In this document: positions 1 through 13,532 of the stretch, piece after piece | Position numbering within the stretch: the first letter of the stretch is position 1 | How the letters are laid out: each line of letters opens with the position of its first letter | Origin: Eledone cirrhosa | Lineage: Eukaryota | DNA: 64,000 nt | Reading direction: 5' to 3' | Assembly (NCBI GenBank): GCA_964016885.1 | Contig: OZ024740.1 | Span: 203,670,001-203,734,000, forward strand | The notes under the pieces: generated by a model | The model's input: only the letters and a program-made list of their open reading frames with translations | Told to the model about the DNA's origin: nothing | The model's database searches: none | Made by a program: the position numbers and the translations under genes

Positions 1-48
1 TACTTTGGTGCGTTATAGTCCACCTGGTTCCTTACCACATTTCTTCCG

Positions 49-90
<42 letters not shown>

Positions 91-822
91 TTTGTGAAAT
101 GGGCGGTGGTTGAAATTCAGATGTGCACGGTTAAATGGTAGTAGACGTGGTCGGACTGACATGAAAATTTACACACCTATGTAAAAAGTGCCAAGGAAGC
201 AAATAGACGCGGTTTCAAATCTTTAACTTTAAAAATGTGGTCCCTGGGGCACCAAAACTATCGCGTTCGGTGAGTTATTTTCCCCTGTTCTAATACTTTT
301 GTCTTATTTACAATTTCATACAAATAAAGCAGTAAATAAAGGATTATGAGTTCATGCAATTGACTTATGTTTCGTCACTATATATATATATAATATGAAA
401 ACGCTTTAATAAAAAAAAAAATCAACTGTAATGTATGTATGCATGTATTTATGTGTTTATATGAGCGGGGATATGCAAGTAAATCTTACTTTGTGGACAG
501 CTGCCCCTTAGCATAATATTCATGCTAGAACAGCATATATTTAAAAGTTTTCAGGGAGTTGAATTACTGATTCTGGTTCGGCAGCTTTAGCTTTGAAAAA
601 ATGAAATGTGCAGGGTAAACATTTTTTATTATTCCTCCGGGGATGAATCTTCTCTGCATTTTTCCGTCTCTTTCTTTCTCTCTGGAAGAAATCAGCCGTA
701 GTAAGACCTAAAAAATGGTTAGATACACCATGACGCACCGTGCATCACGGTGGAGTTGAAAAGCAGACTCAGAACATGGCGTTGTGTGGAGTGGCTCGCA
801 GCCCAATGTTCCAGGAGGAGCA

Positions 823-898
823 AAAGAAGAAGAAAAAGAAGAAGAAGAAAAAGAAGAAGAAAAAGAAGAAGAAGAAGAAGAAGAAGAAGAAGAAGAAG

Positions 899-928
<30 letters not shown>
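823..928. repeat. (GAA)n trinucleotide microsatellite
   Basis: About 35 GAA units; explains the poly-K/R/E/S ORFs in the track. Confidence 0.97.
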
Positions 929-929
<1 letters not shown>

Positions 930-1038
930 GAGCTGGAGTCCTATCAAATATGTAGGTTGTGTCTTAAATTGAAGGTTTAGTAGAAACAATTCATGTATAG
1001 TTTTGTACTTTTCTTTTTGTCATTCATATATAAACAAA

Positions 1039-2077
1039 TCTACTATATAAATTGGAAGTGGTCGGACGTTGTATATGTAGGTGTAGTCGGATAAACGTCG
1101 AAATGGCTTGGTGGAATGCAGCGAAAATTTACACAGTTATGCAGAATGACCCGAGGAGGCGTTGGGTCGACTTTCAAGCTACAATCTTCCATGGTTACGG
1201 AGAAAATCGATGAAACAGGAATTTCCCATTCAAATTGAACTGAGAGTAATCTGTGAACGCAGAAGTAATTATTTCGAGAAACGTTGCAACCGAACGAAAA
1301 CAGGAAGATGATATTTTGGTTCGTGAAGACGTTCCCTGGCAATGAACGGGAAAAAAGCGAGGATAATACGTCGTTATGTGGACCGTGAAGAACAATTTCA
1401 TGCAAAGACAAGACCAAGTTTATGGTATAAATGGAGTCGTTAGACTAATATTCTATTTAAAATAACAGAATGATTTCCAGCCTCGGAGTTTAAGAATGAT
1501 GTAAATAAAATTGAAAACGAAAATGACAGAGGTTATTAAAATAGTAAAAGTAAATAGTGAAGATTTAGGCCAGTACATACGTATGCCCCGACGGACATAC
1601 ACATACATACGCAAACACAAATACATACACCCTCCCCCCACACACGAACGCACGCACGTATGTATAAACCTTATGCATTTCTACAGTATTTTCACCAAAC
1701 TTAAGACATAGGTTACTTATGTACTCCGGATGGTCATGGGCACTGTCATTTTTCCAGATATTGATTATAGGGCCCCCCGGCAGATAACCCCTTTAACCAC
1801 TTCAACCACTTCCTTGGAGTCGACTGAAGCACTGCAGTGCAATGCAACAAAACGTCATAACTTCTGGAGTTCGCAACCGAACTTGACACATGGGCTACGT
1901 TTGTCCTACAGATGAATATGAACTCTCAGAATTGGCACATATTGGGTAGGGGACCCCTTTTGGAAAAAGCCGATAATTTTGTAAAAGTATAGTTTTCGAA
2001 GCAGCACTGAAGTATTGACATAAATGGTATACACAATTGCTATTTAATATCCGAGCAACGCCTGGTACCTCTGCTAG
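1039..2077 (+). mobile_element. Non-autonomous Helitron-like element
   Basis: 5' A|TCTACTATATAA at 1039. 3' end CCGAGCAACGCCTGG imperfect hairpin followed by TACCTCTG-CTAG|T ending at 2077. Inserted in an A|T site with no TSD. Confidence 0.75.
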
Positions 2078-2164
2078 TATATATATATTTATTAAAATAA
2101 CAGATTAAAGTTTAGCAAAGAATCGCTGCTTTCACCCTTAACGGGATCTTCTGAAACTAACAAA

Positions 2165-2780
2165 GTCAATCTGTGAACGCAGAAGTAAATATTTCAAAAA
2201 ACGTTGCAACCGGAGGAAGACAGGAAGACGATACTTTGGTTCAGGGAAACGTTCCCTGGCAAAGAACGGGAAAAAAACGAATATAATACACGTACGTCAT
2301 TATTTGGAGCGGTGAAAAACAATTACACGTAAAAACAAAACCACGTTTATGGTATAAAAGAAGTCGTAGACTAATATTCTATTAGGTGGTTCATAGAGAC
2401 ATTCTCTGGCAATGAACAGAAAAAACGAAGATAATACGTCATATGTGGAACGCGGAGAACAATTTCACGCGATGACAAACCACGTAAATGGTATAACTGA
2501 AGTCGTAGACTAAAATTCTAACTAGGAAACCGAATGATTCTCGGCTTCAGAGTTAAGAATAAAGTAAATAAAATAGAGAGGTAATTGAAATTAAATAAAT
2601 ACATACACGCATCCATATACGTACATACACAAGCATACGCGAAAACGCTCGCCATAGGTATACACATACACGCACGTACCCCCCCCCCCCCCAAAAAAAA
2701 AACCGCACGCACATACAGAACCCACGCAACGCCTGTACCCGCACGCATACGAATGTATACACCAAATACACATAAAAATA
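2165..2780 (+). mobile_element. Second degenerate copy of the Helitron-like internal sequence, with a subrepeat
   Basis: 2165-2385 resembles 1245-1455 (AATCTGTGAACGCAGAAGTAA...GTTCCCTGGCAA...GTCGTAGACTAATATTCTA). 2398-2520 repeats the second half again. Confidence 0.6.
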
Positions 2781-2836
2781 TATATAAATATATATATATA
2801 TATGTGTGCGTGAAAAATATTCTCATAACCAAAATA

Positions 2837-2903
2837 TATATTTTATTATACATTTTTCAAAGGTACAATGGTGTTTCAGTACCTTTTCATCAGATAAAAT
2901 ATA
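2837..2903 (-). ncRNA. Type I hammerhead ribozyme (PLE pLTR relic), stem III mismatch
   Basis: Minus strand: UAUAUUUUAU CUGAUGA AAAGGUAC-12nt-GUACCUUU GAA AAAUGUAU A AUAAAAUAUA. 10-bp stem I, 8-bp stem II, A.A mismatch at the second pair of stem III. Confidence 0.75.
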
Positions 2904-3036
2904 TGAGAGATTGGATATGCGACATACCGCTAAGGTTTTGATTATTCAATTCCTGTAGTATATATATATATATATATATATAATTCAAGAAAGAAGAGTG
3001 ACATGGCTCGCTATACAATAAGGGCTTTATTCATAT

Positions 3037-3146
3037 TGCTGACAATTGTTTCTTTGATCTGGTAGGTCTAGAGTTCGCTACCCGTCTGATTTTGTGTCAA
3101 TCGATCTCCAATACTTTGTTTATAACCAGTCGTTTTCATCAGAGCA
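3037..3146 (-). ncRNA. Atypical type I hammerhead motif with ~80-nt domain II
   Basis: UGCU CUGAUGA [long insert] GAA ACAAUUGU C AGCA: 4-bp stem I, perfectly palindromic stem III, GUC triplet, AAUAAA just downstream. Confidence 0.6.
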
Positions 3147-3224
3147 CGCGAAAATGAAGAAGATACACTTTTATATAGGAGTGGTATTAAACAAGAACAA
3201 TAATATCAATAATTGTCTCTACTT

Positions 3225-3395
3225 TAGGCACAAGGCCAGCAATTATTCAGTGCATTACTGGTACTTTATTTTATCGACCCCGTAAGGATGAAAGGCAAAG
3301 TCAACCTCGGCGGGATTTGAACTCAGATCGTAAAGGGACGTAATTATGCTGGAAAGCATGGCGTCTGACCCTCTACTGATACTGCCAATCCACAA
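3225..3395 (-). mobile_element. tRNA-derived SINE with Nin-like central domain
   Basis: Minus strand: box A-like TGGCAGTATCAG, box B GAGTTCAAATC, then GGTTGACTTTGCCTTTCATCCTTACGGGGTCGATAAAATAAAGTACCAG. Confidence 0.75.
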
Positions 3396-4568
3396 TAAAA
3401 TAAAATAACTAGATAGTAAATAGTTAAAATAATAACATCAATATAAGTAAGAAATAGAGTATAATGATGAATCTAGCATGTTAAACGAACTGATATGATA
3501 CAGATGTATGAGATTGACATATGAAAACTGTTATAGGGTACATTAGATATAGTGTTAAGGTGGCGAAGAGATAACAGTAACAACTAACATGTACTTGGAG
3601 TCAGGATTTATGAGGTATCTGCTTTGCTGTAGGTATGCTGGCAATAAACCGGAGATTTACTTATTGTTTGACAGATAAACATTTTCGTTTTATTAATTTA
3701 GTGGGGATGATAGTTTTTATGTGGTGTTAAGTGGAGTTGTAGATTAGTTATTTAAGTGGCCTATACTAAAGGTAGGGATTGTTAGTTCGAATCATGGGGG
3801 TATAGTTTTCACAGCATCAATAACAAATCGTGTATAAATAAGACAATAATAACAACAATAATAGAGACAATAAAGGTAATAAAATAGTAAAATATGCATG
3901 GTAGATATAGAGAACATGATGAATAATATTAGGGATATATTGAGATGTTCATAATAATAATAAGAGGAAAGTAAGATTTCAAGGAGTGTAGGAGTAATAG
4001 GATAATGTACTTAGAATTAAGTTCATCTGTTAGAGATCATGAGTGCTAATGAGAGATATAATTGTTTGGTCCTAAGGAGTGAACAACAGCAAAGATGGGA
4101 TTGACTTATGGACTGATAAGATAGTTGTAAACATTACTGCCACATCCCAGTAATATAGAATTAGGGAGGCTAGAAGGTGTTTATAGAAGATTATGGTTCT
4201 GTAGTGGGCTGTGTGAGAATGCGGATTTCATGTGTTAAAAGCTAAGTGATGTTGGTTCGAATCACGGTGGTTTAAATCTCGTGAATTTTGTAGCAATCCT
4301 ATGTCTGCAGAAAATTGACCTTTCTATTTTGCAGGTGAGTAGCATTTTATCGTTCCTTAAGATATGCAGCAATTCAAGGTTGCAGAGCCCACAGTGGGAC
4401 ATACCACTGCTATAGGCCTTTGCGGCCACCAATTTCGACCAGCTAATATTGTAATCAAGGTTTTTGTCCTTAAGTTGCCAGATTTTATTGGCGAAAGTTG
4501 TAGAACTTACCAGTGCACGGTTCTTCACTGAATGTCTGTGCACATACCATCTTTTTTAACCTGTTATC

Positions 4569-4637
<69 letters not shown>

Positions 4638-4640
<3 letters not shown>

Positions 4641-4870
4641 GATGGCTGCAACTCAGTTTCGTGTAATGCTATCGCTTGATACTTAAGCATGAGCATCCAA
4701 GGACGTATTTCCAGGATACCTTTTAGTGGTGTTGATACAATGGAGAGACCTCAGCTTCGTATATTATAACTGGAGTGTTGCATTGTTGATTTAGCCGGCA
4801 TGACTCAGGTTTTTTTTACAAAAACATCCATATACTTTGTGCCCCCGTTGTTTATGCAGGGGGCGTGACT
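4638..4870 (-). mobile_element. Degenerate 3' remnant related to the RTE-derived elements at 10278 and 11004
   Basis: Minus terminus ACGAAACTGAGTTGCAGCCATC resembles CTCGAAAACGAGTTGGCAGCCACC and abuts (TA)n. Confidence 0.4.
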
Positions 4871-4949
4871 TCATGTTTCTGGCACAGGAGTATCCAGTTT
4901 TGATACGGTCAAAATACATATGTATATATGAAAAAAGTACTAGGAAAAA

Positions 4950-5020
<71 letters not shown>

Positions 5021-5215
5021 GACAGAGATAGATAGATAGTTGGATGCTATTTCTTGGATCTAGCTACCAATGTAGTATTTCGTATGTATCGTCACCGGTT
5101 ATTCCAGAATCAGGTCCGATCGTGACCGATATTATCTTGAGCTTATCGATTGCGAAACGCGCATCACGTGTGAATAAATATAGTGATGTTATATTGATAC
5201 TTCGTTCCTCCTCAT

Positions 5216-5274
<59 letters not shown>

Positions 5275-5719
5275 ATGGATGTGGATGTGTGTGTGTGTGG
5301 ATGGATGTGTGTGTGCATGTGTGTGCATATATGTATATATAATCAATATCGAAGTTATTTGGTTCCTGAACGCCATTTCTGCCTTGGCTTATTTTCCGAT
5401 ATTTTCATGTAATGCTTCCTTATCACACGTTACTTAGAAGCAGCTTCCATTGATTAATTGGATTCCAACAACTGGCTGCATTAAAATATCCTACATACAG
5501 AATACGCAGCCTTTGTAAACTTGATCAAGATTAGGTTTCGTTTCTGAATGCATATTTCTTCAATGGACGCTACTTGGTCGAATGATTAAGACGGTCACTT
5601 CAAAATTATAAGCCCCTGAGTTCAATCCCATTGCGTGGAATCTTGGGTTAGTATCATTAACTCTCTGATTGATTGACAATATCCCAGACCCCATTCGCTT
5701 GCTGAGTGGGGTGGACCTC

Positions 5720-5905
5720 GTCAAGTCGGACCAAGGAAACAATGTTTCCATTGGTCTTTCCATTGTTGATACTATCTACCGGTCGCAACTCCTGGCAGAA
5801 AGAGCAACTTGAAATTAAGTGTCTTGCTCAAAGACACAACGCATCACCCGGTCTGAGAACTGAACTCGCAAACTCCAATTCTCTAACCACTAAGCCACGC
5901 GCCTT
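5720..5905 (-). mobile_element. tRNA-derived SINE, degenerate
   Basis: Minus: AGGCGCGTGGCTTAGTGGTTAG (box A)...GAGTTCAGTTC (box B-like)...GTTGTGTCTTTGAGCAAGACACTT central motif. Confidence 0.65.
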
Positions 5906-5924
5906 CATTAACCATTAACCATAA

Positions 5925-6168
5925 CCTTTGGCTGAGCATTCCACTGACACGGGTATTCCTAACGTAGATCTTAAGGAGATTCAGCGTGACGTCTGTGTGA
6001 AAAGGCTGGCCCATTGAATTACAGGCATAACTCATCTTTGCCAGCTAAATGAACCGAGACAATGTAAAATAAAGTACCTTGCTCAAGGACAAAACGCGCC
6101 GCTGGAAATCAAACTGACGACTTTAGGACCGTGAGCCGAAAACCCTAACAACTGAGCTACGGGCCTTC
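5925..6168 (-). mobile_element. tRNA-derived SINE, degenerate, same type as the previous one
   Basis: Minus: AGGCCCGTAGCTCAGTTGTTAGG...TTTTGTCCTTGAGCAAGGTACTT. Confidence 0.65.
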
Positions 6169-6361
6169 AGAACTACATTGTATATGAAATAGAAGATAAG
6201 AAGAAAAATATGAGCATAACTAACATAGTTGTAACCTTTGAGAATTTAGTCTTAAATTGGTAATAAATATTCCATCTACAAATATTTGACTCGGAGTCTT
6301 AGGAAATTTTACCATGCAGAAATTTATCAATAACAGATAAAAGAAGACATATCTGAAACGA

Positions 6362-7165
6362 AATATATTTATCTATACTTATATTTATCTATATACATTT
6401 ATCTATAATTAAATTTATGTATATATATTTATCTATATATATATATTTATCTATATATATATATTTATCTATACATATATTTATCTATACATATATTTAT
6501 CTATACTTAAATGTATGTATATATATTTATCTATATATACATATTTATCTATACATATATTTATCTATACATATATTTATCTATACTTAAATGTATGTAT
6601 ATATATTTATCTATATATACATATTTATCTATACATATATTTATCTATACTTAAATGTATGTATATATATTTATCTATATATACATATTTATCTATACAC
6701 ATTTATCTATACATATATTTATCTGTACTTAAATGTATGTATATATATTTATCTATATATACATATTTATCTATACATATATTTATCTATACTTAAATGT
6801 ATGTATATATATTTATCTATATATACATATTTATCTATACACATATGTATCTATACATATATTTATCTATACTTAAATGTATGTATATATATTTATCTAT
6901 ATATACATATTTATCTATACATATATTTATCTATACTTAAATGTATGTATATATATTTATCTATATATACATATTTATCTATACACATATGTATCTATAC
7001 ATATATTTATCTATACTTAAATGTATGTATATATATTTATCTATATATACATATTTATCTATACACATATGTATCTATACATATATTTATCTATACTTAA
7101 ATGTATGTATATATATTTATCTATATATACATATTTATCTATACATATATTTATCTTTACTTAAA
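6362..7165. repeat. AT-rich minisatellite of ATATTTATCTATAC-type subunits grouped in ~68-86 bp higher-order units
   Basis: Recurrent TTTATCTATAC, with periodic TTAAATGTATGT marker. Confidence 0.92.
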
Positions 7166-7532
7166 TAAATGCATAAAGTTCATAGAATTCCCCAGTAATT
7201 TCAATGAGATTGATATCGCCTTGAACTGGATTTTTAATAATTCCTGTTGTTCTTGAATAATCTATGTATTTCTGCTATCAATGTCTTACACAAAAGAAGG
7301 TCAAACAGACACAGAAACATACATACTGTTATCTACGTATATACATGTACTTATCTATCTATATGTATGTGTATATATGTATGTATGTATATAAATATAT
7401 ATATACATGGATACATATATATATATATGCATGTATATATATATACACACACATACATATATATACACATACATAGAGATAGATAAGTACATGTATATAC
7501 GTAGATAGACACACACACACAAACACACACAC

Positions 7533-7575
<43 letters not shown>

Positions 7576-7652
7576 CGTGTGTATATCTACGTAAATACAT
7601 GTCCTTATCTATCTATATGTATGTGTATATATATGTATGTAGTACATGTATG

Positions 7653-7683
<31 letters not shown>

Positions 7684-8126
7684 GTATATATATATATATA
7701 AGTTATTCCGGGTTGAATCGGAGGTAACCACAGTAAGTAAGGTACTCAATACATAGCAGAGCATAAAAGTTTTAATATAGATGAGATTCTACAGGACTAG
7801 AACTGTTTCAGTGTTAATGCCCGATGGCTAAAAACGCCCCCCCCCCCCTTTTTTTTTAAACGCCAGCCGACAAAATAGCCCCTCTATCTCCTTCCCACCC
7901 CACCCCTACCCCTCCTCAACCTGAAACACGGCACTATGGTTATGTAAGTACCTCTTACCTATCTGCATTTTCTGCTTGTAGAGCTGTTTTTATGTGTCTG
8001 TGTATATGTGTATATTTATGAGTATATGTTTGCATGTATTTGTATCAGCGGCCGTTCGTTTGTATGCATATCGCTGTGTGTACGTGCGTTCATATGTACC
8101 TGCTTTTGGGCATGTTTGTGTATGTT

Positions 8127-8937
<811 letters not shown>

Positions 8938-9073
8938 AGAAGTTATATTTAAATTGTTGGGATACAACAAGCAAATATTTTTATAACTGATATAAAGCAC
9001 TCAACAAATTATTGGAGTAAAAATACGATATATTAACAAATGGAAACTATATTTATAAAACCATATTTATTGT

Positions 9074-9138
9074 TATTTCATTATACATATTTCAGGGACA
9101 CCAAGTTAAATTATGGTGTGCTTTCATCAGATAAAATA
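9074..9138 (-). ncRNA. Type I hammerhead ribozyme
   Basis: UAUUUUAU CUGAUGA AAGCACACCA-10nt-UGGUGUCCCU GAA AUAUGUAU A AUGAAAUA. Confidence 0.75.
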
Positions 9139-9966
9139 TAATATAGAGCAGTTTTATAAATACATATTGACATACCCTTAAACTGTTTTTTCTGAGTTTT
9201 TCTCTGATAAATCTATAAGTTTATGAAAATTCCTATATCTTAAATTAAAAAATCCTTTATTGTTTGTATGTATATGTATCTATATGTAGGTATGTGTATA
9301 TATATTTATATGTATATATATCTGTGTGTGCGTATGTGTATATATATGAATATATTCTTTTAATAATATATAGATTTTTTAATAATATATAGTCTTAATA
9401 ATATAATAATATATAGATCTCAATTTTTAATGTATAGATCTCAATAATTTAATTCATAAACTAAATATTTAATCATAAACAATGGTTAAAATTCTCCTAT
9501 TATTTATGTATTTCCATTCACGCTTATTTACACTTCTCTATTCATCCATTAAATATTTATTCCTTCACTTCATCTCAAAAGTTAAGGTAATACAACAACC
9601 TATCACTTAGAGCTTTCGCTTTCTCTTTTCTTTTTTCTTTTTTCTTTTTTCTTCTCTTTTTCCTCTTCTTATTTTTCTTATTCTCCTCTTAGAGTTTGCT
9701 CTTTTTTTTCTCTATTTTTTTCTCTTTTTTTTTTCTTTTTTTTTCTTTTTTTTTCTCTTTTTTCTATCTCTCTTTTTTTCTCTCTCTCTTTCTCCATAAC
9801 CCAACGGCTTATTTAAATCAACTCTGATTTAAAAATATCCGAAACTAATTTACATAATAGTATAAATAAAGTTATAACCCCACTATCCGGGAGCTTCCAA
9901 CAGAAATGGTCGCATTCTTTAAGGGTATGCCAATATTTATTTATAAAACTGCTCTATATTATATTA

Positions 9967-10031
9967 TATTTTATCTGATGAAAGCACACCATAATTTAAC
10001 TTGGTGTCCTTGAAATATGTATAATGAAATA
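9967..10031 (+). ncRNA. Type I hammerhead ribozyme
   Basis: UAUUUUAU CUGAUGA AAG-C-ACACCA/UGGUGU-C-CUU GAA AUAUGUAU A AUGAAAUA: 8-bp stem I, self-complementary stem III, AUA triplet, overlapping AATAAA. Confidence 0.82.
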
Positions 10032-10078
10032 AATATGGTTTTATAAATATAGTTTCCATTTGTATATATATATATATA

Positions 10079-10163
<85 letters not shown>

Positions 10164-10206
10164 ATGTGTATATATGTGTATATGTATGTATATATATGTA
10201 TATATA

Positions 10207-10239
<33 letters not shown>

Positions 10240-10277
10240 GTGTATATATGTATGTATGTTTGTATGTATATATATAT

Positions 10278-10885
10278 GTCAGGTCACCAGTTGGTGCTAC
10301 TGGTAACATGTATCCCAGTACAACCTGACTCATGGTCGGGTCGTTGGCGACTAAACTGGCAACCCCACCAAGGTTTCTTGGTGAGGAGGGTGACTTTGGA
10401 CATCCTGCAGGAATAAAAACAAAACCTGTCAAAGGGCAAAGGAGCTCTTAAGAGTCAATGGCCATCCAAAATCACCGGGAGAGATGACCCCTTAGCCATT
10501 GTCAAGGCAGAATTCTAGGAGAAGGAAAACTCCGATATAACACCTGCAACCCTGATGGTATCCAATGATGTTGACTTGTTCTTCTTTTTGGTAAATATCA
10601 TCTTGGTTAAGAGAGTGGGACTGGGTTTGTGCAGTGCCTTTGCTCACTATAAAAGCTTCACAGCACAGGCATTGCTTTATATCTGGAGATCTCTCTGCAC
10701 TTGTCGTCACATGGTTCCATGGGCCCAGCACTATGTGTCAATAATTGTCACAAGTGTAGTGTTTGTACCAGAGTTTTCAAGTCGTTGGCTGGACTAAGAA
10801 CTAACACTCATTCAGTGCATCGGTAGGAGTTCTCCTACATGGATATAAAGTAGTGGCCGTACTCGAAAACGAGTTGGCAGCCACC

Positions 10886-10887
<2 letters not shown>
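10278..10887 (+). mobile_element. Non-autonomous bipartite RTE-derived retroposon, copy 1
   Basis: RTE 5'-UTR-like motif CTAGGAGAAGGAAAACTC. 3' part reads [14 protein letters not shown] (RTE C-terminal zinc finger). Terminal CTCG-AAAA-CGAG stem-loop, then (TA)n. Confidence 0.7.
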
Positions 10888-10971
<84 letters not shown>

Positions 10972-11003
10972 TCATATATATATATGTATGTGTGTATATA
11001 TAT

Positions 11004-11609
11004 GTCAGGTCACCAGTTGGTGCTACTGGTAACATGTATCCCAGTACAACCTGTCTCATGGTCGGGTCGTTGGCGACTAAACTGGCAACCCCACCAAGGT
11101 TTCTTGGTGAGGAGGGTGACTTTGGACATCCTGCAGGAATAAAAACAAAACCTGTCAAAGGGAAAAGGAGCTCTTAAGAGTCAATGGCCATCCAAAATCA
11201 CTGGGAGAGATGACCCCTTAGCCTTTGTCAAGGCAGAATTCTAGGAGAAGGAAAACTCTGATATAACACCTGCAACCCCGATGGTATCCAATGATGTTGA
11301 CTTGTTCTTCTCTTTGGTAAATATCATCTTGGTTAAGAGAGTGAGACTGGCTTTGTGCAGTGCCTTTGATCACTATAAAAGCTTCACGGCACAGGCATTG
11401 CTTTGTATCTGGAGATCTCTCTGCACTTGTCGTCACATGGTGCCGTGGGCCCAGCACTATGTGTCAAGAATTGTCACAGGTGTAGTGTTTGTACCAGAGT
11501 TTTCAAGTCGCTGGCTGGACTAAAAAGTCACACTTGTTTAACGCATCGGTAGGGGTTCTCCTACATGGATATAAAGTAGTGGCCGTACTCGAAAACGAGT
11601 TGGCAGCCA

Positions 11610-11613
<4 letters not shown>
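11004..11613 (+). mobile_element. Non-autonomous bipartite RTE-derived retroposon, copy 2
   Basis: Colinear, clearly >90% identical to copy 1. 11481-11552 encodes an intact C2H2 finger [23 protein letters not shown]. Confidence 0.7.
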
Positions 11614-11669
<56 letters not shown>

Positions 11670-11750
11670 GTGTGTATGTATGTATGTATGTATGTGTATA
11701 TATATATGTATGTATATGTGTGTATGTGTGTGTATATGTATATATGTATA

Positions 11751-11795
<45 letters not shown>

Positions 11796-11798
11796 GTA

Positions 11799-11865
<67 letters not shown>

Positions 11866-11866
11866 G

Positions 11867-11907
<41 letters not shown>

Positions 11908-11908
<1 letters not shown>

Positions 11909-12538
11909 AGATCAAAATACTTGAGTGTGTTAGAGTTAAACACACTCGTCGTATTAGAGAAATGACAGTATAAGATATAGCTCAATGTAATCCAACAGAG
12001 CCGAAAAATTATAAAAAATAAACAAAGAAGCCTTCAACAGATCAAAAGTCTTTATTAGCCGACAATGTTTCGTCCCATTAATAAGGACTCATCAGGGCAA
12101 GCAAAGAGACAAGAAGCATTAACGGCCAAAACAAGCCAAAACTCAGAAGAACAGGGAATTTATATCTATGAAAACTTAGGAAAGACATCATGGAAAGACA
12201 TGCTAAAGTTAAAAGTGAGCATTTGCAAATATAGACTATAGGGCTAGAGAGCAAGTAATATGTCAAACCTACGTTGAAAGAACAATATAAGACAAACACA
12301 TGAAATACAACATGGTAATACAATATGAGAATTATAATATGATATAGAAAACAATATAATAGATAATAAGAAATAAAAAGCTTAATATATATGTATATAT
12401 ATATATATACACATTTACACAAACACATACTAACACTTGTTTAAATATTTAAATATAATAATCATTATAATAGCATAATCACCCTGACGGTGTGCATAAA
12501 CAATATCAAAAACAATAGAATAATATACTGACATAAAA
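11908..12538 (-). repeat. 3' pseudo-LTR of the PLE
   Basis: Near-identical to 16179-16806. Contains the HHR, AATAAA and the hairpin GAGTGTGTT/AACACACTC near its end. Confidence 0.95.
12058..12098 (-). ncRNA. Minimal type I hammerhead ribozyme in the 3' pLTR
   Basis: GCC CUGAUGA GUCC-UUAUUAAUG-GGAC GAA ACAUUGU C GGC, followed by UAAUAAA. Confidence 0.9.
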
Positions 12539-13532
12539 AATATATAAAACTACATCATACGTATCATTTAAGGTCAACACATTGTATATACAGTTTTTCA
12601 CAGGGTAAGAAAAAATATCATATAAAAATAAAGTATGGTGAAAGAATATATATAACTATATATAATATTGACAATAAATATCCAGAGGTATATGCAGTTC
12701 AAATTCATAAAATAATACAAAACAGTCCCTCAATAACGGACATGTATATATAATTCAATTCCATAAAAATAATAATGTTAATATTACAATAGCAGACAGA
12801 CAGAATCAATTGAAAATGCTTAAGACATATTTACGCGATGCATACAAATAGACATATCAGGAGACAATAACAAATGATAGGAGAACAGACAGCATGGGGT
12901 AGTAAAAAAATAAATTAAATAAAACGAAGAACAAAAACAAAAACAAGCACCCACGTTACAAGTCACTAGGTAAATATAGATAATATTATTATTCTGGATC
13001 AAAGAATTAAATTGAAAACCTTATTAAATTAATTAGTACTAAAACTGTTTAAAAGACATTATGGGTCACTTCATATGGAATAAAGTTTAAGTCATCAAAG
13101 TCGAATAAAATTAAAATATTTCAATAAGAAAGCTAAAATATCTATCAAGATTTATTACGATACATCCAGACTAATTACGATATCAAGGAAAAAACTCTAA
13201 ATAAAACTATGGTAGACCAATGGGAACATAAAGAAGTAGAACTATGGAGGGTGGGAAGGAGCATAAAGGTAAAAATTTATATATAATCAATATAAATTGA
13301 CCATATATAAATTTATATATAATATTAAATATAATATTATTTTCATCCCAACAAGGGATGAAAATAAAGATAGAAACTAATAAGGCGACAAAAATGTAAT
13401 AATGGTAAAGATGATAGAAACGGTAGGATAGCTAAAGAGACTATGAAAACTAAAACTAAATTGAAAAACCGTAGAAAACCAATAATGGTAATAATAATGA
13501 ACTAAAACCAAAGAGATAAGGAAATATAGCAG

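Larger units (their letters stand above)
2983..4572 (-). mobile_element. 5'-truncated Penelope-like element (end of GIY-YIG endonuclease plus long 3' UTR)
   Basis: ORF 4262-4543 (ANKIWQLKDKNLDYNISWS...CGLCNLELLHI...CRHR) parallels the C-terminus of the 13533 PLE ORF. (TA)n on both sides; HHR and AATAAA near the 3' end. Confidence 0.8.
9037..10063. mobile_element. Inverted pair of ~150-bp HHR-containing repeats (inverted PLE pLTR-like structure)
   Basis: About 9037-9185 is the reverse complement of ~9917-10063; each arm holds a hammerhead. Confidence 0.8.

Noticed and set aside
708-989. Poly-K/R/E/S ORFs
   Set aside because: Translations of the (GAA)n tract.
5110-5180. Hammerhead-like GAAAC GCGC ATC with a hairpin and AATAAA
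   Set aside because: No CUGANGA and stems I/III are broken; at most a decayed pLTR relic.
7790-7925. Minus-strand GAAAC AGTTCTA GTC half-hammerhead
   Set aside because: No convincing 5' core half or stem II.
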